The notes beneath the pieces were generated by a model. It was not told where the DNA came from. It saw only the letters and a list, made by a program, of their open reading frames with translations, and searched no databases. A stretch of 64,000 nt of DNA, taken from positions 17,368 through 81,367 of the forward strand of contig JAYUAU010000098.1 of NCBI GenBank assembly GCA_043741135.1, written 5' to 3'. Source of the DNA: Sphingomonadales bacterium. Its GTDB lineage: Bacteria; Pseudomonadota; Alphaproteobacteria; Sphingomonadales; Sphingomonadaceae. Both the position numbers and the translations under genes were made by a program. Positions 29,264 through 39,683 of this stretch are shown one piece after another (the stretch's first letter is position 1; every line of letters begins with the position of its first letter).

Positions 29264-29336
29264 TGTGCTACTTCATGTGCGACGGGTTAGCGGGCGAGGC
29301 AATTCAAAAATCCTCCTTCGCCACGTAACCTGACTT

Positions 29337-29402
29337 ATGTGGAGAAGATGTGGAGATGGTGACCCTATTGTGTTTGCACACCTCGTCCGCAAAGTCTCCA
29401 CA
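29337..29402. promoter_or_regulatory. candidate response-regulator binding repeats in the divergent promoter
   Basis: ATGTGGAGA at 29337-29345 and again at 29348-29356 (11-bp phasing). An inverted copy TCTCCACA lies at 29395-29402, between the RR-HK operon and the OMP gene. Confidence 0.3.
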
Positions 29403-29488
29403 CGGCCTCCCGATACTCTCGAAGAAACTGCTTTAGCGATCTTCCATCGGCAATTCGTTTCGCCGGTTGATTTTCAAAGGAGTTATTT

Positions 29489-30175
29489 ATGTATCGCACC
29501 TTCATTGCATTCTGTTTGGCCGCGAGCGTCATCGCACCCAGCGCTGCGCTCGCGCAGGATGATGCCGCCACCACGGGCCCTTATGCTGTGGTTCGCGCTG
29601 GAATTGGCATTGACGCTGATTTAAAGCTGAGAGCGGCTGACCGCGCGGCCCCTTCGGCGTTTCGTGAAAGCGCAGACGGAAAGCGCGGCTGGACGGGCGA
29701 AGCAGGCATTGGCTATGATCTTGGTGGTTTTCGGGTTGAGGCCACCGCTGGCTATGCCCGCAACGTTCTCAACCGCAAAACCGTAGCGCAACAAGCATCG
29801 TTTGATCCCGGCGGGCGTTTGAGCAAGCTTGATTTCATGCTCAACGGCTATGTTGATTTCATTCCTGATTCAAATGTTTCGCCTTATATCGGCGTTGGCA
29901 TCGGCGTTGCGCGCGTCACGTCGCGGTTGCAGCGCACCGCAGGGCTTCTCGATGGATCACGACTTAACGACAAGGCTTGGGGCTTTTCCTATCAAGGCAG
30001 TGCGGGAATCGCGTTCAAGGTCGGTGAAAAAGCAACCGTCGATATCGGCATCCGGCATCAGCGCGTCACGGGAGTGAAACTCGACGGCCAAGTCGGTGCT
30101 GCCGCCACTGCGCGTCAGTTCAACACGAGCTATCGCAGCACATCAGCACTCGTTGGATTGCGCTTCGGCTTTTAA
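29489..30175 (+). CDS. outer-membrane beta-barrel (OmpA-like porin family) protein
   Basis: Signal peptide ending APSAALAQ, alternating beta-strand pattern, and a C-terminal aromatic residue (LVGLRFGF). Confidence 0.7.
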   Translation: MYRTFIAFCLAASVIAPSAALAQDDAATTGPYAVVRAGIGIDADLKLRAADRAAPSAFRESADGKRGWTGEAGIGYDLGGFRVEATAGYARNVLNRKTVAQQASFDPGGRLSKLDFMLNGYVDFIPDSNVSPYIGVGIGVARVTSRLQRTAGLLDGSRLNDKAWGFSYQGSAGIAFKVGEKATVDIGIRHQRVTGVKLDGQVGAAATARQFNTSYRSTSALVGLRFGF

Positions 30176-30209
30176 GCTTCACCCCTCTCCCCCAAGGGGT
30201 CGCAAGGGC

Positions 30210-30242
30210 AACCTCGGCATGTGATGTGTCGAGGTTGTTTTG
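30210..30242 (+). terminator. rho-independent terminator after the OMP gene
   Basis: AACCTCG-N13-CGAGGTT followed by GTTTTG. Confidence 0.6.
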
Positions 30243-30306
30243 CGTGCTTGCCAATATAAGGGCAAATGCGCCAAGGGTTTGGCGATAATCATTTGAAAGC
30301 GCGCAC

Positions 30307-30903
30307 GTGAACCCAGTTTCAACGATCCACGGCAAAGCCTATCCGCTCGGGCTCAAAAATATCGACACCGATATCATCATTCCCGCCGCGTGGCTCAAAA
30401 CGATCAGCCGGATTGGCCTTGGCAAGGGCGCGTTTGAAACAATCCGAGCAGAGCCGGGAAATCTATTTGACGATCCTGCTTATGCAGGCGCACCAATCCT
30501 GATTGCGGGCGATAATTTTGGCTGTGGGTCTAGCCGGGAACATGCCGCATGGGCATTGCTTGATTTGGGAATAGTCGCGGTGATTGCGCCTAGTTTTTCA
30601 GACATATTTTCGTCAAACGCCTTCAAAAATGGCATTTTGACTGTGGTGTTAACGCAAGCCGAGATTGACCGGCTGCTTGAGGTTGCCAAAACCGATCCCA
30701 TAGATATCGATCTTGAAAGCCAGACCGTGACCACGCGCTTTCAAGACCGGTTCAGCTTTGAAATCGACCCGTTCCGTAAACAATGCTTAAGCCAAGGGCT
30801 GGACGAAGTGGGGCTAACGCTGGCAATGGCTGATCAAATCACGACATATGAAACACGCGCAGGGCTTGCCTGGCCGTGGCAATCAGGAGTACGAACAGCA
30901 TGA
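30307..30903 (+). CDS. leuD: 3-isopropylmalate dehydratase small subunit
   Basis: [34 protein letters not shown] start. Confidence 0.9.
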   Translation: MNPVSTIHGKAYPLGLKNIDTDIIIPAAWLKTISRIGLGKGAFETIRAEPGNLFDDPAYAGAPILIAGDNFGCGSSREHAAWALLDLGIVAVIAPSFSDIFSSNAFKNGILTVVLTQAEIDRLLEVAKTDPIDIDLESQTVTTRFQDRFSFEIDPFRKQCLSQGLDEVGLTLAMADQITTYETRAGLAWPWQSGVRTA

Positions 30904-31901
30904 AAGCGCTTTATTCAACGCAAGTCGGTGGCCCGGAAACGCTTGAATTTCTCGATGTGGCTGATCCCGTCGCGGGCGAAGGACAATTGCTCGTCGCGGT
31001 CAAAGCTTGCTCGATCAACTATCCCGATGTCTTGATTATCGAAGACCGCTATCAGTTCAAACCCGAACGTCCTTTTGCGCCTGGTGCTGAAATTGCGGGC
31101 GTGATTGAAGCGATTGGCGCTGGTGTTACGGGCTGGAAAATTGGTGATCGGATCATCGCGACTACGGGCTCGGGCGGCATGGTTGAAAAGATTGCGATTC
31201 CCGCAACGTCTGCCTTCAAACTGCCCGCTGACCAGAGTTTTGAACAAGGTGCTGCTTTGCTGCTCACCTACGGCACGACGATCCACGCTTTGATTGATCG
31301 CGGCAAGCTTAAAGAGGGTGAGACCTTGCTTGTGCTCGGGGCGGCGGGCGGTGTTGGTCTAGCAGCGGTTGAACTCGGCGTTGCGCTGGGCGCGCGCGTT
31401 GTAGCGGCGGTTTCAACGCCTGAAAAGGCCGCAGCGGCAAAGGCAGCGGGCGCGCATGAGACAGTGCTTTACGGTAACGCACCCTTTGATAAAGCGCAGT
31501 CAAAGGCGCTGGCTGATAGCTTCAAAGCCGTGCTTGGCCCTAAGGGCGCTGATGTAATTTATGACGGTGTGGGCGGCGATTACTGCGAACCAGCTTTGCG
31601 CTCAATCGCGTGGGAGGGCCGTTATCTCGTTGTTGGTTTCCCGGCCGGAATTCCCAAACTGCCTTTGAACCTGACCCTGCTCAAAAGCTGTGATGTTTGC
31701 GGCGTGTTTTGGGGTGCGTTTGCAGCGCGCGATCCAGAGGCCAACCGCGATAACGTCACGCGGTTATTCAGGCTTTGGAAAGAGGGTAAGATTTCGCCGC
31801 TCGTCACCGAGGTTTTTAGCCACGAACGCGGCGGTGATGCGATTGCGAAAATGGGCGCACGCGGGGCGATTGGCAAACTCGTTGTGAAAATCGGCGATTA
31901 A
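30900..31901 (+). CDS. NADPH:quinone oxidoreductase (zeta-crystallin/MDR family)
   Basis: Start at MKALYS (an ATGA overlap with the leuD stop). [16 protein letters not shown] and [17 protein letters not shown] are the nucleotide-binding motifs. Confidence 0.85.
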   Translation: MKALYSTQVGGPETLEFLDVADPVAGEGQLLVAVKACSINYPDVLIIEDRYQFKPERPFAPGAEIAGVIEAIGAGVTGWKIGDRIIATTGSGGMVEKIAIPATSAFKLPADQSFEQGAALLLTYGTTIHALIDRGKLKEGETLLVLGAAGGVGLAAVELGVALGARVVAAVSTPEKAAAAKAAGAHETVLYGNAPFDKAQSKALADSFKAVLGPKGADVIYDGVGGDYCEPALRSIAWEGRYLVVGFPAGIPKLPLNLTLLKSCDVCGVFWGAFAARDPEANRDNVTRLFRLWKEGKISPLVTEVFSHERGGDAIAKMGARGAIGKLVVKIGD

Positions 31902-31968
31902 GCGAGTTGCGAAGCTTTGCCCGCACCCCTATCTTAAGCGTACTACGTTATTTTACCAAGGACGTCCG

Positions 31969-32292
31969 ATGAGTGTATTTGATGATCGCAAAGATGCGTT
32001 CGAAGCGAAATTTGCGCATGACGAGGAAATGGCGTTCCGTGTAACCGCGCGTCGCAACAAGCTCACGGGCATCTGGGCGGCGGCCAAAATGGGGCTGACG
32101 GCTGAAGAAACCGACAGCTACGCCAAAAGCGTCGTTCAGGCTGACTTTGAAGAAGCGGGGGACGAAGATGTCATCCGCAAATTGATGGGCGATCTGACCG
32201 CGGCGGGCGCTGAGACGAGCGACGATGAAGTGCGCGCAATCCTCGCAGAAAAAACGATTGAAGCACGCCGCCAATTGATGGAAGCGATTTAG
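31969..32292 (+). CDS. DUF1476 protein (alphaproteobacterial F1-ATPase inhibitor zeta-subunit family)
   Basis: MSVFDDRKDAFEAKFAHDEEMAFRVTARRNKLTGIWAAAKMGL is the conserved DUF1476 N-terminus. Confidence 0.8.
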   Translation: MSVFDDRKDAFEAKFAHDEEMAFRVTARRNKLTGIWAAAKMGLTAEETDSYAKSVVQADFEEAGDEDVIRKLMGDLTAAGAETSDDEVRAILAEKTIEARRQLMEAI

Positions 32293-32295
32293 GCC

Positions 32296-32529
32296 ATGGC
32301 GATGGCGGCGGCTGATATCGAAGCGATGATCCGCGCCGCGATTCCAGATGCGCTCATTGAAATCACTGACCTTGCCGGAGACGGCGATCATTATGCAGCA
32401 AAAGTCACTAGTGCATCATTCACCGGTCAAAGCCGCGTCAAACAGCATAAAGCGGTTTATGATGCGCTTGGCGGGCGGATGGGGGGCGTGCTCCACGCAC
32501 TTCAGCTGACCACCTCTGTTCCCACATAA
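32296..32529 (+). CDS. BolA family protein
   Basis: 77 aa. GDGDHYAAKVTSASFTGQSRVKQHKAVYDAL is a BolA block. Sits upstream of a monothiol glutaredoxin. Confidence 0.85.
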   Translation: MAMAAADIEAMIRAAIPDALIEITDLAGDGDHYAAKVTSASFTGQSRVKQHKAVYDALGGRMGGVLHALQLTTSVPT

Positions 32530-32539
32530 GGAAATTTCG

Positions 32540-32872
32540 ATGACGACAGAAACTCAAGCCCGTATCGCGCAAATTGTTAGTGCACATGATGTTGTGCTGT
32601 TCATGAAAGGCACGCCGCTTTTCCCGCAATGCGGTTTTTCAAGCAAAGCGATTGCGATTCTTGATCATATCGGCGTCGCTTATGAAACGCTTGATGTGCT
32701 CCAAGACCCCGAAGTGCGCGGCGGCATTAAGGAATTTTCCGATTGGCCAACGATTCCCCAGCTTTATGTGAAGGGTGAGTTCCTTGGCGGCAGCGATATC
32801 ATGATGGAAATGTTCGAAGCCGGAGAGTTAACCCAAGCAATGGATGAGGCCGGCGTCGCGCGCACGGGCTGA
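32540..32872 (+). CDS. grxD: Grx4-family monothiol glutaredoxin
   Basis: VVLFMKGTPLFPQCGFSSKA (CGFS active site), WPTIPQLYVKGEFLGGSDI. Confidence 0.9.
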   Translation: MTTETQARIAQIVSAHDVVLFMKGTPLFPQCGFSSKAIAILDHIGVAYETLDVLQDPEVRGGIKEFSDWPTIPQLYVKGEFLGGSDIMMEMFEAGELTQAMDEAGVARTG

Positions 32873-32875
32873 TTT

Positions 32876-32965
32876 GGGGAGGTTCCCCGGGAGAGTGGCG
32901 GATCAGTGCGAGACCAAAAGCAACTGATCCACCACTCGTTAGCGTGAAACGCTATAGGGAACTCC
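32876..32965 (+). ncRNA. candidate structured RNA (three-helix element), identity unknown, strand uncertain
   Basis: P1: 32878-32887 pairs with 32957-32965 (9 bp, one bulge). P2: 32893-32907 pairs with 32923-32937 (14/15). P3: 32940-32944 pairs with 32950-32954. Lies in a 303-bp gap between convergent grxD and lepB. Confidence 0.3.
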
Positions 32966-32986
32966 TGATACTATGCAGGCCGCGTG

Positions 32987-33022
32987 CCAGTTTGCGGTAT
33001 TCCGCCAATTCTGGGCTTTTTT
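32987..33022 (+). terminator. rho-independent terminator (grxD or the candidate RNA)
   Basis: CCAGTTTGCGG-TATT-CCGCCAATTCTGG hairpin with an internal loop, followed by GCTTTTTTA. Confidence 0.55.
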
Positions 33023-33089
33023 ATGGTTAGCCGAAATTAACCATTTGAATGCGGTGTAAGCAATTCCGACACATTGCAGGCCTACTCAT

Positions 33090-33142
33090 ACCAACTTGCA
33101 TTGATGTGAACCCATTTCGTCTTCGCTTGCGCTCGCAAAGAC
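33090..33142. repeat. variant half-repeat with 33-bp tail (copy E1)
   Basis: ACCAACTTGCATTGATGTGAACCCATTTCGTCT followed by TCGCTTGCGCTCGCAAAGACG. The 33-mer is identical to the reverse complement of 53023-53055. Confidence 0.85.
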
Positions 33143-33175
33143 GGCAAGATGAGTCAGAATCAACGCACATTGGTA

Positions 33176-34039
33176 TCACTTATCGCGGCGTGGGTGCAGA
33201 CTGTTACCAGCACGGCCAGCACGTAAGGCGCCAAACCAGCTGAGCGGGTTAAAGAGTGTTGCGGTGCCATCGAGCGAGAAGGTGATAAATTCAGCGCGTC
33301 CGCCTAAATTCTCCCACGGCACTGGCCCGCCGAGCCCGCGCTGATCAAGCGAAAAGCGGCTGTCGGCAGAACGGTCACGATTATCACCCATCAGGAAAAC
33401 ATGATCAGCGGGCACGGTAATCGCGGGATAGTCATCGGCTTCGGGGCGGTATCCCAGATCAATCGTATCATAGCTGCGGCCACCCGGCAGTGTTTCGCGA
33501 ACGACAGGCATCTGGCAATATGGCTTGCCATCCTTTGCCGTGATCAATAACCCGGGATATTCAGTGTCTGAACAGGGCATGTTCGCATCAACCGGAATGA
33601 GGCGCTGTTCAACCGCCGCGCGCTTGATGGGGACATTATTGATAAGCACAGTGCCGCTGCGCACTTCGATCCGGTCACCGGGCAAACCGATCACACGTTT
33701 GATATAATCCTCGTCCGATCCCGGTGGCACTGCGATAACGATATCACCGCGTTCAGGAAGTTTGCCAAACAATCGCCCCTTAATGAAAGGGAGGATGTGG
33801 AATGTCGGGCTGATAAACGAAAAACCGTATGGGAATTTGGTGACTACGAGCTGATCACCCTTCAATAATCCGGGCACCATCGATTCCGAGGGAATGAAAA
33901 AGGGCTTGGCAATAATGCTGTGAAAGCCAAGAACCGCGAGGATCAGCCAGAAAATTCCCTTCACTTCGCTCCACCAATCAACGCCTGGCTTTGGTTCGGT
34001 GGCAGGCTTGCTTGTGTTCGTTTCAGTCGTATCAGTCAC
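33176..34039 (-). CDS. lepB: signal peptidase I
   Basis: IPSESMVPGL (catalytic Ser box), YIKRVIGLPGDRI, GDNRDRSADSR. Confidence 0.9.
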   Translation of the reverse strand: MTDTTETNTSKPATEPKPGVDWWSEVKGIFWLILAVLGFHSIIAKPFFIPSESMVPGLLKGDQLVVTKFPYGFSFISPTFHILPFIKGRLFGKLPERGDIVIAVPPGSDEDYIKRVIGLPGDRIEVRSGTVLINNVPIKRAAVEQRLIPVDANMPCSDTEYPGLLITAKDGKPYCQMPVVRETLPGGRSYDTIDLGYRPEADDYPAITVPADHVFLMGDNRDRSADSRFSLDQRGLGGPVPWENLGGRAEFITFSLDGTATLFNPLSWFGALRAGRAGNSLHPRRDK

Positions 34040-34042
34040 GTA

Positions 34043-34459
34043 TCAAATGTCTTTCTCAGATATTCGGTTGGCTTCTATAATTACGAAGGCTTGCGCCCAA
34101 GGATGATCATCGGTGAGCGTTATGTGAATTTTTGCTTCATAGCCTGACGGAACCATTGCGTCGAGCCGCGCTTTTGCGCCGCCGGTGAGCGCGAGCGTGG
34201 GCGCGCCGGACGGGGCATTGATCACGCCAATATCCTTCATGAAGACGCCGCGTTTGAAGCCTGTGCCTACCGCTTTGGAAAAAGCTTCTTTGGCGGCGAA
34301 GCGCTTGGCATAAGTGCCCGCGCGCGTGAACGGTCGCTTGGCCGCTTTGGCGCGCTCGGCCTCCGTAAAGACGCGGCGTTCAAAGCGTTCGCCAAAGCGG
34401 TCGAGCGAGTTTTGTATACGCTCAATATTGCAGAGGTCTGAACCAAGCCCGATAATCAC
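34043..34459 (-). CDS. acpS: holo-[acyl-carrier-protein] synthase
   Basis: [25 protein letters not shown]. 138 aa. Confidence 0.9.
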   Translation of the reverse strand: MIIGLGSDLCNIERIQNSLDRFGERFERRVFTEAERAKAAKRPFTRAGTYAKRFAAKEAFSKAVGTGFKRGVFMKDIGVINAPSGAPTLALTGGAKARLDAMVPSGYEAKIHITLTDDHPWAQAFVIIEANRISEKDI

Positions 34460-35190
34460 CTTGCGGCATCCATCAGCGCCCGCATCTTGCGCACACTCGC
34501 TTCAAGCCCATCAAAGATTGCTTCACCAATCAGGAAGTGCCCAATGTTAAGCTCAGCAAATTGCCGAATTGCGGCGATGGGAACGACATTATCATAAGTA
34601 AGGCCGTGCCCCGCATGAACTTCAACGCCATTTTTCACGCACAGCGCGGCGGCATCGGCAATCCGCCGCACTTCAAGTTCGACCAGCGCAAAATCATCAT
34701 CGAGGAAAAGATGCGCATATTTGCCCGTGTGAAGTTCAACAACGGGAACGCGCAAATGCACCGCGGCCTCAATCTGGCGTGCTTCAGGTTCGATGAACAA
34801 GCTCACTCGAATTCCCGCCTCGGCTAGCTGAGTGATGATCGGCGCGAGATGATTGTGCTGGCCCGCTGCATCTAACCCGCCTTCGGTCGTACGTTCTTCG
34901 CGCTTTTCGGGAACGATGCACACGGCGTGCGGCTTATGCCGAAGCGCAATCTCAAGCATTTCCGGCGTTGCGGCCATTTCAAGATTGAGCGGCAGGTTGG
35001 TTGCCGCCATGATCCGCTCTATGTCACCGTCCCGAATATGGCGGCGGTCTTCGCGTAGATGCGCTGTAATCCCGTCTCCGCCAACGCGCGCGACGATTTC
35101 AGCGGCGCGAACGGGATCGGGATGTTCCCCGCCGCGCGCATTCCTGATCGTCGCAACATGATCGATATTAACGCCGAGCCGGAGAGTCAT
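34456..35190 (-). CDS. pdxJ: pyridoxine 5'-phosphate synthase
   Basis: [47 protein letters not shown]. Confidence 0.9.
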   Translation of the reverse strand: MTLRLGVNIDHVATIRNARGGEHPDPVRAAEIVARVGGDGITAHLREDRRHIRDGDIERIMAATNLPLNLEMAATPEMLEIALRHKPHAVCIVPEKREERTTEGGLDAAGQHNHLAPIITQLAEAGIRVSLFIEPEARQIEAAVHLRVPVVELHTGKYAHLFLDDDFALVELEVRRIADAAALCVKNGVEVHAGHGLTYDNVVPIAAIRQFAELNIGHFLIGEAIFDGLEASVRKMRALMDAAR

Positions 35191-35768
35191 ATCGCTCTGC
35201 TCCCGGGCTTGATCGCGGGAATCGCGGCTAATTCAGGAGGCAGCGCGTCGGCAGAATATGTCGGCACGTCAATCGCGATGAGTGGGAAATAGGGCACACC
35301 CAAATCCACACCGCCGCCTGTCCGGTCAACAAGCGATGCTGCGGCAATCACTATGCCGCCTGCGACTTCAATTGCTTTGATCGCCTCGCGTGAGGAAAGC
35401 CCCGTTGTGATAACGTCTTCGACCATCAATACGCGTTGTCCCGCCTCAAGCCTGAATCCGCGACGTAGCGCAAAGACACCATCAGGGCGTTCGACAAACA
35501 GCGCCTCACACCCAAGCGCACGGCCCATCTCATGGCCAATGATGATGCCCCCCATTGCGGGTGAAACGACGATATCAATCGACTCGGAGACGGCGGGAGA
35601 AATCTTGTTGGCCAGCGCCTTGGCAAGTTGGCTTGCGCGCTTCGGATCCATCAGAACGCGCGCGCACTGTAAATATTTCGGGCTGCGCAATCCTGACGAG
35701 AGAATGAAATGACCCTCAAGCAACGCGTCTGCTGCGCGGAACTCAGCCAAAATTTGCTCTTCAGTCAC
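35187..35768 (-). CDS. pyrE: orotate phosphoribosyltransferase
   Basis: [17 protein letters not shown], and [13 protein letters not shown] as the PRPP-binding motif. Confidence 0.9.
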   Translation of the reverse strand: MTEEQILAEFRAADALLEGHFILSSGLRSPKYLQCARVLMDPKRASQLAKALANKISPAVSESIDIVVSPAMGGIIIGHEMGRALGCEALFVERPDGVFALRRGFRLEAGQRVLMVEDVITTGLSSREAIKAIEVAGGIVIAAASLVDRTGGGVDLGVPYFPLIAIDVPTYSADALPPELAAIPAIKPGSRAI

Positions 35769-35966
35769 GCGGGCACCTTTGCAAAAACACTCTGTTCAGA
35801 TCGTCAGATAGGCGCGGCGTCGCTTGGCTGCAATGACTGAGAAAAATTGCGTCGAGAAAGCCTTGAGACTGGTGAAAGGCAAGCGTATAGGCCGCGCAAT
35901 AGTCTTTTTACTGGGTTGCACGCTTTGGGTGATCAAGTAGAGCGTTGTCGAGAAAGTTTAACAGGA

Positions 35967-36974
35967 ATGAACATGCTAAAATCTGCATTGATGGCGATTA
36001 CTTTGGCCTTCGCGCCCGCTATTGCTGTAGCGCAAGAGGCGGCACCAGCAGCGGTGACCTCTGCGCCAATGGCAGTTGAAGCTGCCACGCCGGCGCTGGC
36101 CACAACGCCGCCAACCCCGGGGATTGGGATGCCTGTTGATGGCCAGATCGGCATTCAGCCGCAGGTGACACCCGATGGCGAAGATGCACTGTGGATGCAC
36201 AATGCGCTGCTCATGCCGATCATCACGGTGATTTCGTTCTTCGTTCTTGGATTGCTGTTTTGGGTTGGCTTTCGGTTTCGCCGCGCAGCAAATCCAGTGC
36301 CTTCGAAAACAACGCATAATTTGCTGATTGAAGTTTTATGGACGTTAATTCCTGTCGTCATTCTGGTCGTGATCGCGGTTCCCTCGATCAGCTTGCTCGC
36401 TAAGCAATATGAGCCAGCGGGCAAGGGAGCGATTACGATTAAGGCGACGGGCAACCAATGGTATTGGTCATATAATTATCCCGATTACGGCGATTTCGAA
36501 GTCACCGCGAACATGCTCAAGGAAGCTAAGGATGTTGCGAAGGGTGAGCGGTTTCGCACAGATGTTGATGGCCCGCGTTTGCTTGCGCCCGACAACCGTA
36601 TTTTTCTCCCAGTCAACACGCCGATCAAATTGATCACGACATCAAATGATGTGATCCATGCGTGGGCAATGCCTGCATTTTGGACAAAGATGGATGCGGT
36701 GCCCGGGCGGTTGAACGAAGTGAAGTTCTTGGTCGAGAGAGAAGGTGTTTATTTCGGCCAATGTTCGGAGTTATGTGGTGCGCGCCACGGTTATATGCCA
36801 ATCGCTGTCGAAGTGGTTTCGCGTGATAAGTTTAATGCTTGGATTAAATCAAAAGGCGGAAAGCTCCCTGGTGAAGCAGTCCCCGCAACGGTGCCTGCGA
36901 TTGCCGCCGCATCGCAAACTCCTGCACCTCCGGTAATCGTGGCTCAACCAGCCCCAGTCGCCGCTATCAAGTAA
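35967..36974 (+). CDS. ctaC: cytochrome c oxidase subunit II
   Basis: Start at MNMLKS (signal/TM). [33 protein letters not shown] as CuA ligands. Confidence 0.9.
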   Translation: MNMLKSALMAITLAFAPAIAVAQEAAPAAVTSAPMAVEAATPALATTPPTPGIGMPVDGQIGIQPQVTPDGEDALWMHNALLMPIITVISFFVLGLLFWVGFRFRRAANPVPSKTTHNLLIEVLWTLIPVVILVVIAVPSISLLAKQYEPAGKGAITIKATGNQWYWSYNYPDYGDFEVTANMLKEAKDVAKGERFRTDVDGPRLLAPDNRIFLPVNTPIKLITTSNDVIHAWAMPAFWTKMDAVPGRLNEVKFLVEREGVYFGQCSELCGARHGYMPIAVEVVSRDKFNAWIKSKGGKLPGEAVPATVPAIAAASQTPAPPVIVAQPAPVAAIK

Positions 36975-36985
36975 GGCCAGCAAAA

Positions 36986-38644
36986 ATGTCAGACACAGCC
37001 GCAACTGCTCACCAATTCGTGGCTCACGCCGCCCAAGATCATGCGCATGATGATCATAAAATGAGCTTTTTCCAGCGTTGGTTCATGTCAACCAACCATA
37101 AGGATATTGGCACGCTCTATCTGATCTTCGCGATTACGGCAGGGATTATCGGCGGCGCGATTTCGGGGATGATGCGTGCGGAATTAGCGCAACCCGGTAT
37201 CCAATACCTTGAATATTGGGCGGGGGCACAGGGCGATGCAGCGCTGCACATGTGGAATGTGCTGATCACCGCACACGGCCTGATCATGGTGTTTTTCATG
37301 GTGATGCCCGCAATGATTGGTGGCTTTGGCAATTGGTTCGTGCCGATCATGATCGGTGCGCCCGATATGGCGTTTCCGCGGATGAATAATGTCAGTTTCT
37401 GGTTACTTGTGCCGTCTTTCTGCCTGTTACTTGGGTCAGCCTTTGTGCCCGGTGGGACGGGCATGGGCGCTGGTACGGGATGGACAGTCTATGCGCCACT
37501 GTCGACAAGTGGGTCAGCTGGTCCAGCGGTTGATATGGCGATTTTCGCGCTCCACCTTGCAGGGGCATCGTCGATCCTTGGCGCGATTAACTTCATCACA
37601 ACGATCTTCAACATGCGTGCGCCGGGCATGACGCTTCACAAAATGCCGCTGTTTGTCTGGTCGATCCTTGTGACGGCATTCTTGCTGTTGCTCGCGCTCC
37701 CCGTGTTGGCGGCGGCGATTACGATGCTACTGACTGACCGAAACTTTGGCACGACATTCTTTGACGCTTCGGGCGGCGGTGATCCCGTTCTGTATCAGCA
37801 TCTCTTTTGGTTCTTTGGCCATCCTGAAGTGTATATCATGATCCTTCCCGGTTTCGGGATGGTCAGCCAGATCATCTCAACCTTCAGCCGCAAGCCCGTG
37901 TTCGGCTATCTCGGCATGGCTTATGCAATGGTTGCCATCGGTGTTGTTGGCTTCATCGTGTGGGCGCATCACATGTTTACGATCGGTATGAACGTGAACA
38001 CCAAAATGTATTTCACAGCCGCCACGATGGTGATCGCGGTGCCGACCGGCATCAAGATTTTCAGCTGGATTGCGACGATGTGGGGCGGTTCGCTCTCATT
38101 CAAAACGCCGATGATGTGGTCACTTGGCTTCATCTTTATGTTCACCGTTGGCGGCGTGACCGGCGTTGTGCTCGCCAATGGCGGTATCGATAATTATATG
38201 CATGACACATATTATGTCGTTGCGCATTTCCATTATGTGCTTTCGCTCGGCGCGGTCTTCTCGCTTTTTGCAGGCTTTACATATTGGTTCCCCAAGATGA
38301 GCGGCAAGCATTTGAGCGAAGCGCTCGGCCAATTACATTTCTGGATGTTTTTCATCGGTGTTAACATTTTGTTCTTCCCGATGCACTTCCTTGGCCTGCA
38401 AGGAATGCCGCGCCGGATGCCCGACTATCCTGATGCACAGGCTTATTGGAACCATATCGTCACTTATGGCTACATTCTGATGGCGCTTTCGATGATCGTT
38501 TTCTTCGTCAATATCGCTTATGCTTTTGCCGCCGGACGTAAGGCCGAAGATAGTCCGTGGGGCGAAGGCGCGACGACGCTCGAATGGACGCTGTCAAGCC
38601 CACCACCGTTCCATCAGTTTGAGACATTGCCGAAGATCGACTAA
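36986..38644 (+). CDS. ctaD: cytochrome c oxidase subunit I
   Basis: 552 aa. [45 protein letters not shown]. Confidence 0.95.
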   Translation: MSDTAATAHQFVAHAAQDHAHDDHKMSFFQRWFMSTNHKDIGTLYLIFAITAGIIGGAISGMMRAELAQPGIQYLEYWAGAQGDAALHMWNVLITAHGLIMVFFMVMPAMIGGFGNWFVPIMIGAPDMAFPRMNNVSFWLLVPSFCLLLGSAFVPGGTGMGAGTGWTVYAPLSTSGSAGPAVDMAIFALHLAGASSILGAINFITTIFNMRAPGMTLHKMPLFVWSILVTAFLLLLALPVLAAAITMLLTDRNFGTTFFDASGGGDPVLYQHLFWFFGHPEVYIMILPGFGMVSQIISTFSRKPVFGYLGMAYAMVAIGVVGFIVWAHHMFTIGMNVNTKMYFTAATMVIAVPTGIKIFSWIATMWGGSLSFKTPMMWSLGFIFMFTVGGVTGVVLANGGIDNYMHDTYYVVAHFHYVLSLGAVFSLFAGFTYWFPKMSGKHLSEALGQLHFWMFFIGVNILFFPMHFLGLQGMPRRMPDYPDAQAYWNHIVTYGYILMALSMIVFFVNIAYAFAAGRKAEDSPWGEGATTLEWTLSSPPPFHQFETLPKID

Positions 38645-38646
38645 AC

Positions 38647-39561
38647 ATGGCAGGCACTTCACCCTTAACAGCGCCAGTTGTTCTTCCCACCGACTGGCGC
38701 GATTTTCTGGCGTTGCTGAAGCCAGGCGTAGTGCGTTTGGTGGTTTACACGGGGCTAGCAGGGCTGCTGGCAGCGCCGGTTGCGATCAATCCAGTGCTCG
38801 GCTTTACCGCTGTGTTGTGCATTGCGCTTGGGGCAGGGGCGGCTGGTGCGCTTAATCAGTGGTATGAAGCTGATATCGATGCGCTAATGAAGCGCACTGC
38901 TAATCGACCGCTGCCTGCTGGGCGGATGGATCGCGACTCAGCGCTCCACTTCGGTGTGGGTCTTGCGGTTTTTTCGGTGCTGCTGATGGGCGTTGCGACA
39001 AATTGGCTTGCGGCGGTCATATTGGCGGTTTCGATCCTGTTTTACGTGCTGATCTACACCGTCTGGCTAAAGCGCCGCACGCCTCAGAATATTGTTATCG
39101 GCGGTGCCGCCGGAGCCTTTCCGCCGCTGATCGGTTGGGTTGCCGCGACGGGCGAAATTGCAACACTGCCACTGCTCATGTTCGCATTGATCTTCCTATG
39201 GACACCCCCGCATTTCTGGGCGCTCGCTTTGTTTATGAAGTCTGATTATGCCGCAGCGGGTGTGCCGATGCTCCCCGTTGTGGCGGGTGAACGCGTAACG
39301 CGCCATCAAATCGCGCTTTACACAGTGCCAATGGCACTCACAGCGGTAGCGCCGTGGTCACTTGGGCTGACAGGGTGGATATACGGCGGCACCGCAACGC
39401 TCTTGTCGCTTATATTTCTCGCGCTTTCGCTTCAAGTTGGGCTTCGCACAAGCGGCGCTGACGATTTCATGAAGCCAGAAAAGCGGCTCTTCGCTTTCTC
39501 AATCATCTACTTGTTCATTGTGTTTGGTGCGCTCGCGCTTGACCGGATTATCTTGCTATGA
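38647..39561 (+). CDS. ctaB: heme o synthase (protoheme IX farnesyltransferase)
   Basis: [47 protein letters not shown]. Confidence 0.9.
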   Translation: MAGTSPLTAPVVLPTDWRDFLALLKPGVVRLVVYTGLAGLLAAPVAINPVLGFTAVLCIALGAGAAGALNQWYEADIDALMKRTANRPLPAGRMDRDSALHFGVGLAVFSVLLMGVATNWLAAVILAVSILFYVLIYTVWLKRRTPQNIVIGGAAGAFPPLIGWVAATGEIATLPLLMFALIFLWTPPHFWALALFMKSDYAAAGVPMLPVVAGERVTRHQIALYTVPMALTAVAPWSLGLTGWIYGGTATLLSLIFLALSLQVGLRTSGADDFMKPEKRLFAFSIIYLFIVFGALALDRIILL

Positions 39562-39683
39562 ATGATGACGAATTCAACCGCCGCCGCCGCTCTAAAGCTC
39601 TGGTAACTGCGCTGCTGCTCGGCGCGATGGTTGTGTTGTTTTACCTGATCACGCTCGCTCGGATTGGGAGTACATTTCGGTGA
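39558..39683 (+). CDS. 41-aa single-TM protein inside the oxidase cluster (not in ORF track)
   Basis: [41 protein letters not shown]. Its ATG overlaps the ctaB stop (ATGA) and its stop overlaps the ctaG GTG start (GTGA). Basic N-terminus plus one TM helix. Confidence 0.45.
   Translation: MNDDEFNRRRRSKALVTALLLGAMVVLFYLITLARIGSTFR

Noticed and set aside
35851-35956. 10-bp direct repeat GTCGAGAAAG at 35851 and 35947, upstream of ctaC.
   Set aside because: It is short, widely spaced (96 bp) and has no dyad symmetry. It cannot be distinguished from chance without comparative data.
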